Assembly (NCBI RefSeq): GCF_001194135.2
Contig: NC_068982.1
Location: forward strand, 44,374,625-44,438,624
Length of the DNA stretch: 64,000 nucleotides
Origin: Octopus bimaculoides
Taxonomy: Eukaryota
Reading direction: 5' to 3'
The notes under the pieces are model-generated. The model saw only the letters and a program-made list of their open reading frames with translations, was not told the origin of the DNA and did no database searches. Position 1 is the stretch's first letter. Every line of letters begins with the position of its first letter. The translations under genes were made by a program, and so were the position numbers. This document shows, one piece after another, positions 11,652 to 24,229 of the stretch.

Positions 11652-13002
11652 CTGATATTAATATCCAATGTTGAATTATCAACTTGTAAATGTTTCTGTA
11701 TAATTCTGAAGCCAAAATCAGACACAGCAATCACTTTAACGAGATATATTCCAGGCTTTTCGTTTGGTATATCGTAATATGTATCGTTTGTAAAGTCGGA
11801 GCAGTTGTAATTAACATCACTTTTTACTTGTAACGAATCTTCAGTAAAATTTAATATTTGTTTTGTAGTCCTATAACACCACATATAATATTCAGCGATT
11901 TCGTGCAATACATATAAGGGGGTTCCTAGACTTTTCGTACTTATATCTCCGCCTAAAAATGATAACGGTTTTAGTACTTCGCTGAATTTGATATATAAAG
12001 TATCGGAAATTTTCCTGTCGCCACTGCTTACTTCCAAATCGATTTTGTACAAACCGTGTGTAGAATAAGGGAGAAAATCCAGATATTCTAAATCAAGTGT
12101 TACATTTTCGTGCTCTATATCTTTTAATTCACCTTCAATCATTTTCTGAAGCTTCCATTCGTAAGTCAGTGGTTTTGAATTACATAAAACAAAATCTGAT
12201 TTTGAAAGATTGACTTTTTCGTCAATTCTGAATATTACGAACGGACTCTGAATTGTTGTACGAGGATATAATGTAAAGATAGTTTTGTTAAAACATTTGT
12301 CTTGAATAAAGACGTTTTCATATTTGTATATCATGAATTCATCCAAAGTACATTCCAAACCAATTTCATGCCATCCAGGCTCGTTAATAAAGATCTCAGT
12401 GTCATCGGTAGTGAATTCGTCCTTAGATTTCTTCTTCCTTTTCTTAATAGAAATTTGATCGTGATTCTTCTTATCAATATATATGACACAATCCCACTCC
12501 CCGAAAATGGTTTTTGCTCGTATCATAACTTTAAGAGCAACAGAAGAGCCATCATAATATTTGTCGCCTGAAATAGTAAAACTAATATCGTCCTCTGTAC
12601 TTTGAATAGGCACGTCAACTGCTCGAACAATATCTGTGCACGTACAAGTTATATTATATGATCCTGAATTTATATACTCGTGATTCATTGATCTCGAACC
12701 TAAACCAACAGGAAAAACTATTTCTTCTTCTTCAGTATCGTCGCCAAAATTCAAACTGCATGTTTCTTCGGCATCTAATACCACATAAACAATGACTTCA
12801 TAAAGGTAGGTTGTGTAGTATTCTTTTTTCTTACCGCTTGAGATATTGAATGATGTGTTATTCTCCAAGAAACTGGTGACGTTATCGGAAGAACCTACTT
12901 CTTTGACAATTTGCAGTTTCAGGTTTGCTTCCATACCAATTATTTTGTAGGGCATAGGGCCGAACATAAAGACTGTTGCATATAGACTTGCCAAAACCAA
13001 AT
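11652..13002 (-). CDS. Large coding exon of a polycystin-1-like / REJ-domain extracellular protein (PKD-like Ig folds followed by N-terminal part of an REJ module)
   Basis: 467-aa non-repetitive ORF 11624-13027. PKD-domain-like motif CSLNFGDD...HEYINSGSYNITC; second PKD-like segment ending EPGWHEIGLEC; REJ-like pattern C..TIF..SP..I.R..C...YEW.L..GLYKIDLEV..D.LYI..GG..MWC..NC..PGIY.VKV. 12 N-x-S/T sequons counted. Acceptor tttttctttctag|AT (exon starts 13002, phase 1) and donor CAG|gtacag (exon ends 11652, phase 2). Confidence 0.8.
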
Positions 13003-13226
13003 CTAGAAAGAAAAAAGAAATTAACATAATTTAGTCAAGAAAATAAAAACACAAATTAGGCATTTAACGGAACTTAGCGATTTATATACTTTTATTCTTC
13101 ACAAAAATGAGTTCAAAACAAATTATGGATTAAATCAAAGCTTTATTAATAAAAATGATCGCTGACACTCTAAAGAAATATACCTCTGGTTCAAAATCGC
13201 TTGTCACCAACATATCTAACATTTAC

Positions 13227-13275
13227 TTCCAAAGAACGAAATATGAAGCTGTAACGTCCACACCGTTATCGTCAT
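13227..13275 (-). CDS. Putative first coding exon (signal peptide) of the polycystin-1/REJ-like gene
   Basis: ATG at 13275 gives MTITVWTLQLHISFFG, then phase-1 donor GGA A|gtaaat (intron from 13226). Splicing to 13002 gives MTITVWTLQLHISFFGNLVLASLYATVF, a signal-peptide-like N-terminus. Upstream acceptor ttttgttacacag|G at 13285/13284 suggests a further 5' exon. Confidence 0.55.
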
Positions 13276-15214
13276 CAGTAAAGCCTGTGTAACAAAATGC
13301 AATCCACAAGGTTTAACAATTTAGTTTTCTTTTATATTTTATTAAGCATTCACCAACATCTATAAATATTAACATTGAATTTATAAGTATATGAAGTTTA
13401 TAAGTGTCAATCGTAAATAAGTTCATTATACTTTAGAAACAACAATAACAAAACTTGAACTTTAAAAGCTGCAGTGATATGTGATGCACTTAACCTGGCC
13501 AGTTAAACAGGGTGTATAGTAATATTTCGCATTGAATACAAGCGTATCTTTCTTTAGTTCTTCAGTTTGTTATAGCCATCAGTGCATTGTCCATACGCAA
13601 GACTGCCTCAAGTTGTGGAATTTTCTTTGATAAAATAAAACGCACGTAAAGACTGGGGTCGATGGTAGCGACTACAACCCTCCCCATATATCTTCTAGGC
13701 TCGTACCTAAATTACAAACNNNNNNNNNNNNNNNNNNNNNNNNNNNNNNNNNNNNNNNNNNNNNNNNNNNNNNNNNNNNNNNNNNNNNNNNNNNNNNNNN
13801 NNNNNNNNNNNNNNNNNNNNNNNNNNNNNNNNNNNNNNNNNNNNNNNNNNNNNNNNNNNNNNNNNNNNNNNNNNNNNNNNNNNNNNNNNNNNNNNNNNNN
13901 NNNNNNNNNNNNNNNNNNNNNNNNNNNNNNNNNNNNNNNNNNNNNNNNNNNNNNNNNNNNNNNNNNNNNNNNNNNNNNNNNNNNNNNNNNNNNNNNNNNN
14001 NNNNNNNNNNNNNNNNNNNNNNNNNNNNNNNNNNNNNNNNNNNNNNNNNNNNNNNNNNNNNNNNNNNNNNNNNNNNNNNNNNNNNNNNNNNNNNNNNNNN
14101 NNNNNNNNNNNNNNNNNNNNNNNNNNNNNNNNNNNNNNNNNNNNNNNNNNNNNNNNNNNNNNNNNNNNNNNNNNNNNNNNNNNNNNNNNNNNNNNNNNNN
14201 NNNNNNNNNNNNNNNNNNNNNNNNNNNNNNNNNNNNNNNNNNNNNNNNNNNNNNNNNNNNNNNNNNNNNNNNNNNNNNNNNNNNNNNNNNNNNNNNNNNN
14301 NNNNNNNNNNNNNNNNNNNNNNNNNNNNNNNNNNNNNNNNNNNNNNNNNNNNNNNNNNNNNNNNNNNNNNNNNNNNNNNNNNNNNNNNNNNNNNNNNNNN
14401 NNNNNNNNNNNNNNNNNNNNNNNNNNNNNNNNNNNNNNNNNNNNNNNNNNNNNNNNNNNNNNNNNNNNNNNNNNNNNNNNNNNNNNNNNNNNNNNNNNNN
14501 NNNNNNNNNNNNNNNNNNNNNNNNNNNNNNNNNNNNNNNNNNNNNNNNNNNNNNNNNNNNNNNNNNNNNNNNNNNNNNNNNNNNNNNNNNNNNNNNNNNN
14601 NNNNNNNNNNNNNNNNNNNNNNNNNNNNNNNNNNNNNNNNNNNNNNNNNNNNNNNNNNNNNNNNNNNNNNNNNNNNNNNNNNNNNNNTATATGTACGTTT
14701 GTATGTACGTATATGTATGTATATAACGTGTGTGTGTGTGTATGTGTTTTACCACAAAAGCATATGTACGGCGATTCAGAAACGCACAATAAAACAATAC
14801 AATACTTTAGATTTAGGTTCAGAAACCTTGAGAGTATCCTTGTTTGCTTCAGAGAAGACAATTGGTAAATGTCATCGGTTAGATAAATGTTAGACTTTCT
14901 AAAGTCACACCGAGGTAAAGTGTAATTGACGTGACTCACCGATGAACACACAGTGGAGACACACTCACTCATATGCGTAAACACACACAAATGCACTCAT
15001 TTACTCTCTCAAGGGCAGGCGCACCAATACAAGCACACACACACGCACACACATAAAAGTACATACACTCATATACACACACATGCACTCACAAACGCAC
15101 GCACTTTCATAGACACACACGCACACACGTTCATACAGACGTATATGCACACGTGCCATATGAAGGAGCAAGTGCGCAATGCAGGTATTGTGTTTTCGTT
15201 GTTCTTTCATTTAA

Positions 15215-15310
15215 TCATCTTCATCATCATCATCATCGTCGTCGTCGTCGTCGTCGACATTGTCATCACCATCGTCATCATCAACGTCATCATCATCATC
15301 ATCGTTGTCG

Positions 15311-15341
<31 letters not shown>

Positions 15342-15350
15342 AGTCGTCGC

Positions 15351-15382
<32 letters not shown>

Positions 15383-15400
15383 CCATCATCATCATTATTA
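15215..15400. repeat. (TCA)n/(TCG)n trinucleotide repeat
   Basis: Direct inspection; source of the poly-H/I/D/M ORFs. Confidence 0.95.
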
Positions 15401-15402
15401 TT

Positions 15403-15600
15403 AAGGCGGCGAGCTAGCAGAATCGTTAGCACACCGGGCGAAATGCTTACCGGTATTTCGTCTGTTGCTACGTTCTGAGTTCTAGTTCCGCCGAGGTCGC
15501 CTCTGTCTTTCATCCTTTCGGGGTCGATGAACTAAGTACCAGCAAACATTGGGATCATTAAATCAACTACTCCTCCCCCCAAAACTTCAGGCCTAGTAGA
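15403..15600 (+). mobile_element. SINE family A with (TTG/TTA)n tail extending to ~15727
   Basis: aaggcggcgagctagcagaatcgttagc...gaggtcg...aactaagtacc. Confidence 0.85.
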
Positions 15601-15632
15601 AAAGATTGTTATTGTTGTGGTTGTTGTTGTTG

Positions 15633-15726
<94 letters not shown>

Positions 15727-15729
<3 letters not shown>

Positions 15730-15945
15730 GGCTGCGAGTTGGCAGAAACGTAAGCACGCTGGACAAAATACCTAATGGCATTTCGTCCGTCTTAACATTC
15801 CGAGTTCAAATTCCACCGAGGTCGACTTTGCCTTTCATCTTCTCGGGATCGTTAAAATAAGTACCAGTTGAACAGGAGGGGGGCGCTGTAATCGACTTAC
15901 CCCATACCCGAAATTTCTGGGCCTGTGCCAAAATTTGAAACCATT
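15727..15945 (+). mobile_element. SINE family A stacked on the previous copy's TTA tail
   Basis: aaggctgcgagttggcagaaacg...gtgccaaaatttgaaaccattattatt. Confidence 0.85.
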
Positions 15946-16050
15946 ATTATTGTTATGCACCCCCCACACACACACTTTGTGTGTCTCTTTGTATTGTCGC
16001 TTCATCCTTCGCCCTGATGACAAATAAAAGAAATTATAATTATTATTATT

Positions 16051-16660
16051 GTTCAGTAGTCATATTTTTATCACGTGCTTTGACTACACGGCCGAGCGCA
16101 GTTCTGTGCGCCTTGGATATGTGCTGTGGTTTGTTGTGCTGCTCTTATATTCATTGTATTGAAAGTGTTTTATGAAGGATATGCGAGCTACCTAGTAATG
16201 CTATTTTCTGTGTTATATACAATCGGAAGTCCTGGTGTTTTGGTTATTTATTTGTCTGAATGTTTTTAATTATACCTAATGCACTTATTATTATAGGGAT
16301 TGTTTCTGTTTTTTAGGTTCCACATTCGAGTTAGCTTTATTCCCGGATCTTTGTATTTTGAGAGTTTCTCCGTTTCTTTTAGAGGTACATTATCATCTGT
16401 TGGTATTGATACATCGATTAGAAGGCATTTTTTTTTCTTAGTGATCTCTGACAAATATATCCGGTCTATTAGCCTTGATTTCTCTATCTCTATGTATTAG
16501 CATGTTGTCATTCCATAGTGTTGGCATAGCTTCCAGTGTACATAGGTCCCAACTCTATCATGTCTGTCGATATATTACTTCTTATCCAGAATTGGGCAGC
16601 CAGAGACATTATGATTTATTGTTTCTTCCTCATCACCACATATTGTGCAGTTATTTGTTG
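16051..16660 (-). mobile_element. R4/Dong-clade non-LTR retrotransposon 3' end (CCHC knuckle + REL endonuclease + 3' UTR)
   Basis: CTICGDEEETINHNVSGC; RHDRVGTYVHWKLCQHYG; KCLLIDVSIPTDDNVPLKETEKLSKYKD; KIALLGSSHILHKTLSIQ*. Flanked on both sides by (TAA)n-type repeats on the element strand. Confidence 0.85.
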
Positions 16661-16724
16661 TTGTATTTATTATTACTATTATCATTATTATTATTATCAT
16701 TATTATTATCATTATTATTATTAT

Positions 16725-16867
16725 TCGGTATTTCGTCTGCCGCTATGTTCTGAGCTCAAATTCCGCCGAAGTCGTTTTTACCTTTCATCCTTTCAGGGTC
16801 GATAAATTAAATTCCAGTAATCGACTACTCTCCTCCCCCAAAATTTCAGGCCTTGTGCCTTAGTAGA

Positions 16868-16870
<3 letters not shown>
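16725..16870 (+). mobile_element. 5'-truncated SINE family A with (TTA)n tail
   Basis: cggtatttcgtctgccgctatgttctgagctcaaattccgcc...ggccttgtgccttagtagaaag. Confidence 0.85.
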
Positions 16871-16931
<61 letters not shown>

Positions 16932-17367
16932 TAGCTGATGAAGGATGGACAGCGTCCATGTGACTCTATTCGATTTCCCTTGACGCAGTTAATATTTAGC
17001 TTGAACTTCTGTAGATTGATGCCAGTTGGGAAAAATATGAACAGGAAGTAAAAATGTCCAGAGTTTTGGGACAGGTTTTATTGAATTATTTTATTGAATT
17101 ATTTAGTGACGGATTCGTGAATTAACTCATTTAAAGGGACGAGGAGATAATAGTCGAGTCGTGTAGTGGCCATTGTTGTAATAGAATAAACAATAGAGTG
17201 AGAGGTAGAAAGAGAGACGTACAGAGAAAGAGAGAAGAGACAGGATGCTGTGTAGAGTGTTTTGACGTTAATATAAGCTATTTCGCTTAATTGCATGACT
17301 CGGTAAATTGTTTAACTTTCCTAAACAGCGAGCTGTTGTGCATCGGATCTGTGTAACATCAGTCGGT

Positions 17368-17413
<46 letters not shown>

Positions 17414-19471
17414 CATGTACGCGCGCGCACACACAACATCGTTTTCGGTTACTTGCATAATATCTTTTTTTTTTATTTTAAGCAGTGAAAATACAAGCGC
17501 TGCTCATTAAAGAAAGTATCATAACATGTCACTCGACAAAATAGGAGCAGCGCGTAAGGAAAGCCATCATTATTGCTTCAAATGCTAAGCTGCGCCCTCA
17601 TTTAGGATTTCTCATGGCGAACACTCATCCTTAACTTAGTTACCACCGCTTTACATTCATTGTCCTTTCTTTTAGAGCAAAAAGTAACTAACACAATTTC
17701 TGGCCCTCTCTGTACAAAGCTCAGATGAGATCCACAATGGAGTACCGTTCACACAAATTGAACTGTGGAGTTATTGTTACACACGCATATATTTTCGATC
17801 GATTCTGATAGAGGTCATTCGACTAACTGGCATAACTTAACGCTCAGACACGCGCCAGCCTCCCACCCATAAACAAGCTGTTTCCACTGTCCCCCTCTCC
17901 TTCCCTCTCTCCTCGACTCTCTCTCTCTCTTCCCTCTCTCTCTTTAAATTTTCTGTCGATACTATAATGGCTTCTCCTGCTCAGATCTGATTGGTCTCGT
18001 ATCATCTCTGTTCATTCACTACCAATTCACTTGTCTTTTCTTTCACCGCCCGCGTTGTGTCCATCCATCCCTACCCTAAGCCGTGCTCTAATTTCTACTC
18101 CCAGTCTTTCTTCATTAAAAGTCGGCCTCCTGAAATTTTTTTCGTGCTCATGATTTTCCTGCAGACTCTGACTCTCAAATGTTTAAATGAAATCTTAACA
18201 GTATCAAAATCACTCGCCCCAGAGGGCTGATGAAAGCTACAGGCTCAGCCCCTTGCGTCTGACCAGAAAAAAAAGGTGAAACGTTGCATAAAATTGAATA
18301 AACTCATTTTGAAAGCTTTTGTTTTCATAATGAATTAAAATAATTTTTGTCAGGTTTTGATATTAAAAGAGCCAAATATTTTCAGTTTATTCTTACAACT
18401 TCAATCCATTAGAAGACTATCAATATAATTTTTATAACTCCGGTGTTGTTTTATCTTATTTTTTATTGTGTGACGAAATTTTTCAATATGTAAATCTTCA
18501 TAGGTGATAAAAATTGCTAAAAATATAATTTTCTTAATTCAAGTAGTAAATACATTATCGATACATTGGACAGTAGTTGAGCTAATTAATTTTTCTATTT
18601 TTTAATTCGCATGATCTTAGTTGTTACTTTTTAGAATTTCAAGTATGTTAATGTTTTTGTCAGAGTGTATGAATCTGGCTAAGCTTGGGTTATTGAAGGA
18701 TATCAAATGAAATTGAAAAAAATTATAGGGAATAAGTTAAGCAGTAGTCACGCAGATACAGATATAAAGTCTAGCTTGCATGTTATCTATGGTTTTATTT
18801 TTGCATTGTATTGTGCAATAGTTATGGCTTCCAAAATCGTCTGTTTTCCTAGGGATTTCTGTATTTTATAAATAAGTTACTTACAAATGTTTTTCCAACT
18901 GGTTTTGTTTTGTGCTGTGTCAGGTAACGCACTGCCGGCAGGAGAAATTTTACAAATCCAAATGGTTATATAGGCCATACGAGTACAATACTCACCCACC
19001 AGCTCACCATGCACTTACAACACCAATTAAAAGTAGAGGGGAAAACATTAATAAACAATACATCTACTCCATAGATTATTCACTACAAAACTCCATGAGT
19101 AATGATGGAAACAGTATTCATGACACTGTGCAATGTTGAAATAAACATACAAATAACATACACCAGACGCAAAATGAAACACTTCACAAAAATGAAACAC
19201 TACATTGGATGACGTATAACTAAGAGTTAAATAAGCAAAATTCGGTGGTTATGTTCCCATCAATTATATTAATGTCATATTTACTATGAAGAGGCAGCAA
19301 CACACACCAACATCAGTTCATCCAAAATATGAACTAAGATCTAGAAATGTCATAGGTGTAAATTTCGAACTCAGAATCACTTTGTATTTCTGTCTTACGA
19401 AGTATTCATGTTCGAATCCTCTTTTCAGCAAATATATTCCTTGCCGATTTTTAATTTTAACGACAACAATA

Positions 19472-19506
<35 letters not shown>

Positions 19507-19747
19507 GTGAGTTTGTATACATGCATGTGTGCGTGTATGTTAAATTAGGATATTGTTTTAAGGAAAGTTTAAAGAATAACTACAGAACATTTCCTTATTA
19601 AGACTCAAATACTCAAAAGTAGAGCCAAATTTATCGTAAAATTCGTTTTGACTAGGTCATTCTGTTTCGTCCGACAGTTTATTCAATCACTCTTGTTGAG
19701 CAAGCCGTTAGTCCTATAATAAATCCCCAGCCATAATGAATTTTATA

Positions 19748-19791
<44 letters not shown>

Positions 19792-20927
19792 TTCTGTATG
19801 TGAAGTAGAGAAAGACAGAGATTCTATTTTACCATAAACATACGCTCGCGTACGCATAGAACTGGAAAAAAATTAATTTCTTACGTAAGTTGTGTTACTT
19901 TCCCATTAAGTCAACCCCTCCACCGCAACTGTAAGCAGCTTTAAAATTCATTTCTCTTCCTTCAGCGAAATATATTTCTTCTTTGTTTTTTTAAATTACG
20001 TTGCATACATTGTAGTAAAATTAAAATATATTTTCTTCACTGTATGATACAAACAAACAAATGAATGAAAGATAACTCAATCTAAAATATATATTTAAAA
20101 TAATTAACATTGAAACTTTATTACAATAACATTAACTCAAACTTGACGTCTCTGTAAAACTCTTATTTTCGACATTTGACATGAGCAAACTTGTTTATGA
20201 CAGTAAAAATATTTATTTCTCTTAGATGTTTTTGTCCAACGTTCATTACAGCGAGACTGCAAAATTTTGCTGTTTCTCCATAATGTCTCTTTGTTCCTTT
20301 ATATATTTTTTTTTCTTTCAAAGTTTGAAAACAGTCATTCACTAGTGTAGTTTGTAATCATTAATATCAAATAAATCCGTAAATCGATTTTTTTTTTGTA
20401 TGGAAACCAAGATTCCAAGTAGTTGTCTGTTATAAAACAGTAAAAGTGAATCTTCAAAGAAAATTTTTTTGTACCAGTTCGAGTAGCAAGATTGGTTTAT
20501 AAAAGTTCAATGAATTATGGAAACACATCGCATTTTTTACAAATTTTCAGGAAATGCAGCAACAATATTACATTGTTTTGACATTGTCTTCTATTGTGAA
20601 TGACTTCAATAGATGACGGCATTTAAATATATCAGAAGACTGTTAAATAACAGTGGTTATCTGAAATCATTGCAGCATGTGGTCACAAAATATTCTTTTT
20701 AAAAGAATTAGTTAAGAGAAATGTGGTTATTTCTATGACCTTTATAGACCCTGCAAGACTGGTGAGATTGATGCAAGTGGGTGTTCAGCCTGCATAGCTC
20801 AGAATTGACAATTGTGAGTCAGGAAGGGATTACCAAGTGCCGACGTCCTGCTGAGATTAAGTGTTATGGTTAGCGCTGAGCCTAAGGAAGACACAGTGTG
20901 GGCGAGAAGAAGAGGGTCGCTCTAAAG

Positions 20928-21136
20928 TAGGGTTCGGGGTACTTTTTAAACCAATTCCCTCCAAAATATATTTATTTACGCCAACGTTACTCCCTTAATT
21001 CGAAGGAAGAATATCATAGATAACGAGGGACGCGTTTTTTTATATAATTTTATTTATGTCTAATGAATCCTCATTACCCCCAAGGATTTCATTTTTACCC
21101 CACTTGGGGTAATTTATCCCAGTTCGTCGACCCCTG
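20928..21136. mobile_element. hAT-type MITE, 209 bp
   Basis: Imperfect TIRs tagggttc... / ...gacccctg; 8-bp flanks ctctaaag (20920-27) and ctctaagg (21137-44), 7/8 identical. Confidence 0.65.
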
Positions 21137-22566
21137 CTCTAAGGAATTAAGGTAGTATACAAATAGTGAGCTTTAAAGAGTTGAGGTTGTTATAGTAAAA
21201 AAGAAGAACGAGGAGACAGCACGTGTGAAAGCAAGAAGTCGATTGTATTGCTTTTTAGATAGAGTCTTTGACTTTCAAATCAATAGCTGTTTTGTGGGTG
21301 TTGTTGAGGATGTTCGTGAGTAGTAGAAGCACTGTTGCAAATGTAAAACGGTATCCCATTACTAAAAATATATCTTTTGCACCGAAGAGGATCGTTTGTC
21401 TTCGGGACGCAGTGTTTGCAATATTACGATTGCGAAATCACCGGAAATGATCGTCAGTGTTTGTAAGGCCTCGTATCTGTAGTGACTTTGACAGTTTTAG
21501 TAGCATGTATTCTATGATTAGAGAGGATGAGGTTCAAAAGTGTGCTCTGATTGTATCATTTTGCAGTTAAAGGAGACAAGATTATTGTAATGCATGGAAG
21601 GCGAAAGCACTGCGCGTTTGATGTAATGTCTCAAGATTGAGTGTGAAAAGTTAGGGAATAGTGAACAGTTGCATCGGCATCGTAGAAATGGATATTGTTA
21701 GAATGTTTCTATATCAAGCTTTTCCATTATTAAATAGAAGCAATGATATAAGAGCGGTGACATGTTGACATTTAAATTATCGTTATGAGGAATACAGTTC
21801 AGGAATCACCGCTCTTAAACATTCGGCGGTGAGCTGGCTGTGTCAGTATTTGCTCCAGCTATTTGCGTTCTGAGTTCTTGGTTTGTAAGCTTAATCCATC
21901 ACCTGGCAGCAAAACTAAACTATCATCTGATTTTCAGGTATCTTTAAGGGAGCTGCAAACTCTGTTGTAACGTCCAGGCCAGACATCTGGTTGGAGGTTA
22001 GCTTCATCCATTCTTTTAGGAGGCTCTGAGGAAATAAAAGACTATGAGCTCTGTATTTCAATGAATTATTAGTAAAAGCTATGTAGTATTATTTCGTTAT
22101 TTCTTATTTGCTTTGCAAGATTCGATTCTTGATGTGAACGCGCGTGTTGAAACAGAGATGATCTCGTGTAGAGAGAGCATGTCACTGAAGAGGTCACGAA
22201 AGGACTTTGACAAACACAACTGGTCAATTGATTGACCGAATGATTAATCAAACAATCGATTAGTTGGTTGGTTAGATAGCTGACCGACTGATGAATAATA
22301 AATATGTGAAATTGAACCAGTGTGTATGCTCATTATTGAGATACAACTAAATATGTAGAATTAATTTGTAACATGAAGTGTTTACCGACCGGTATCCAAG
22401 TTCTTCACGAACAAGCATCGCCGTCAGATAAAGCGCAGTCATACAAGACAGGTAAGTTCTAACGAAAGAAGCGTCTATACTACAATAAAAGCAATACGTG
22501 CACACGTGCATATGCACGCATTCATATGTGCGTAAACGCAAAATTATTATAACATTCATGCGCGCA

Positions 22567-22640
<74 letters not shown>

Positions 22641-22756
22641 CTGCAATTCATGCCAACGCACCAAGCAAAATCACAAAGAAGCCACAATATACCAAAAACA
22701 TACTGGTAATAGCGCACGAAAGTAGACGCACATATTGTTTCACTAGGTGTCATACC

Positions 22757-22799
<43 letters not shown>

Positions 22800-23068
22800 A
22801 AGAAGAAGAAATGGCTATATGTTGCTTGTTTTGTCACTTGGTCACGTAGATCACCTTGATAGTCTTTAAATGGCGCGTTTTGAGACAAGGGCAACGTATT
22901 TCTGCATCAAAGTACTAAATGACATCTCAATGTTAAACCAGATGGTGTTTCGAACACTTTGTTTTGCGTGTGTGTGTGTGTTGTGCGCGAGTGTGTGTGT
23001 GTGTTGTGCGTGAGTGTGTGTGTGTGTTTGTGCGTGCATGCATGTGCGTGTGATTGTGTGCGTGCATA

Positions 23069-23127
<59 letters not shown>

Positions 23128-23340
23128 ACAATGGTGCACATGTCGAATTGGCTATTTTAGAGCGAAAGGCCATGCTTTTGAAGAAGAGCACTCGTATGAA
23201 CGTCTGTGTGTGAGTATTTGACGAATTGCGACTATTATTGCTACTACTACTACTAACACTAGTAGTGAGTTGTATATATTCTATATGTTGCATTAGCCGT
23301 TTTTGCACGAACGTGCTTGCTTTAAAAACTGCACTTGTTA

Positions 23341-23439
<99 letters not shown>

Positions 23440-23580
23440 CTCGTTTGTTTCATTGTATAACTCCACGGCTACAGTTACTACCATCGCCATTGCTGTTTTC
23501 GATATTCAAGGAGTTGCATGTTTCAACGCCAACATTGTTCTTTTAAAGAAAAAAAAGACCTGTCTACAACAACAAAAACA

Positions 23581-23614
<34 letters not shown>

Positions 23615-23724
23615 TCGCTGCTGCTGCACTGCCACTTCTAATATTACTAGCCACCGCTATTACTACTACCATTACTACTACTATTGCTAATAATTTTATC
23701 TTGTACATATACTATTAATGTTGG

Positions 23725-24185
23725 TTTCTAATTCTGGTACAAGGCCAGCAATTTTGAGGGAGGGGATAAGTTAGTTACATCGACCCCCCAGTGCTCATCT
23801 AATATTTATTTTATCGTCCCCGAAAAGATAAAAGGTGAAGTCGATCATAGCGGAATTTGAACTCATGGAGTAAAGACGGGTAACATATCGCTAATTTTTT
23901 TTGCCCAGGCGTGCTAATAATTCTGCCAACTTGCCACATTCACATATGCTATTAATATAAGAAACGTTTGAAAGCGGCAAGCTCGCAGAAACGTTATCAC
24001 ACTGGGCGAAATGCGGTATTGGTATTTCGTCTGTCTTTACGTTCTGAGTTCAAATTCCACCGAGGTCGACTTTGCCTTTCATCCTTTCAGGGTCGATAAA
24101 TTAAGTACCAGTTGTTTACTGGCGTCGATCTAATCAACTGGCCTCCTCCCTCAAAATTTCGGGCCTTGAACCTAGAGTAGGAAAG
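23725..24185. mobile_element. Head-to-head SINE family A pair (minus 23725-23940, plus 23970-24185)
   Basis: Both match the family A consensus in opposite orientations, about 30 bp apart. Confidence 0.8.
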
Positions 24186-24229
24186 AATATAAGACACGTA
24201 TATCGACCATCACCGTCATCACCAACTGT

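Noticed and set aside
13184-13284. Longer 101-bp upstream exon using the donor gag|gtatat at 13184
   Set aside because: All three frames contain stops; only the 13227 donor joins the large exon in frame.
21200-21720. Possible Penelope/GIY-YIG remnant
   Set aside because: No diagnostic motif could be read confidently.
22175-22210. CUGAAGAGGUCACGAAA hammerhead-like word
   Set aside because: Stem II is only 1 bp, with no stem I or III.
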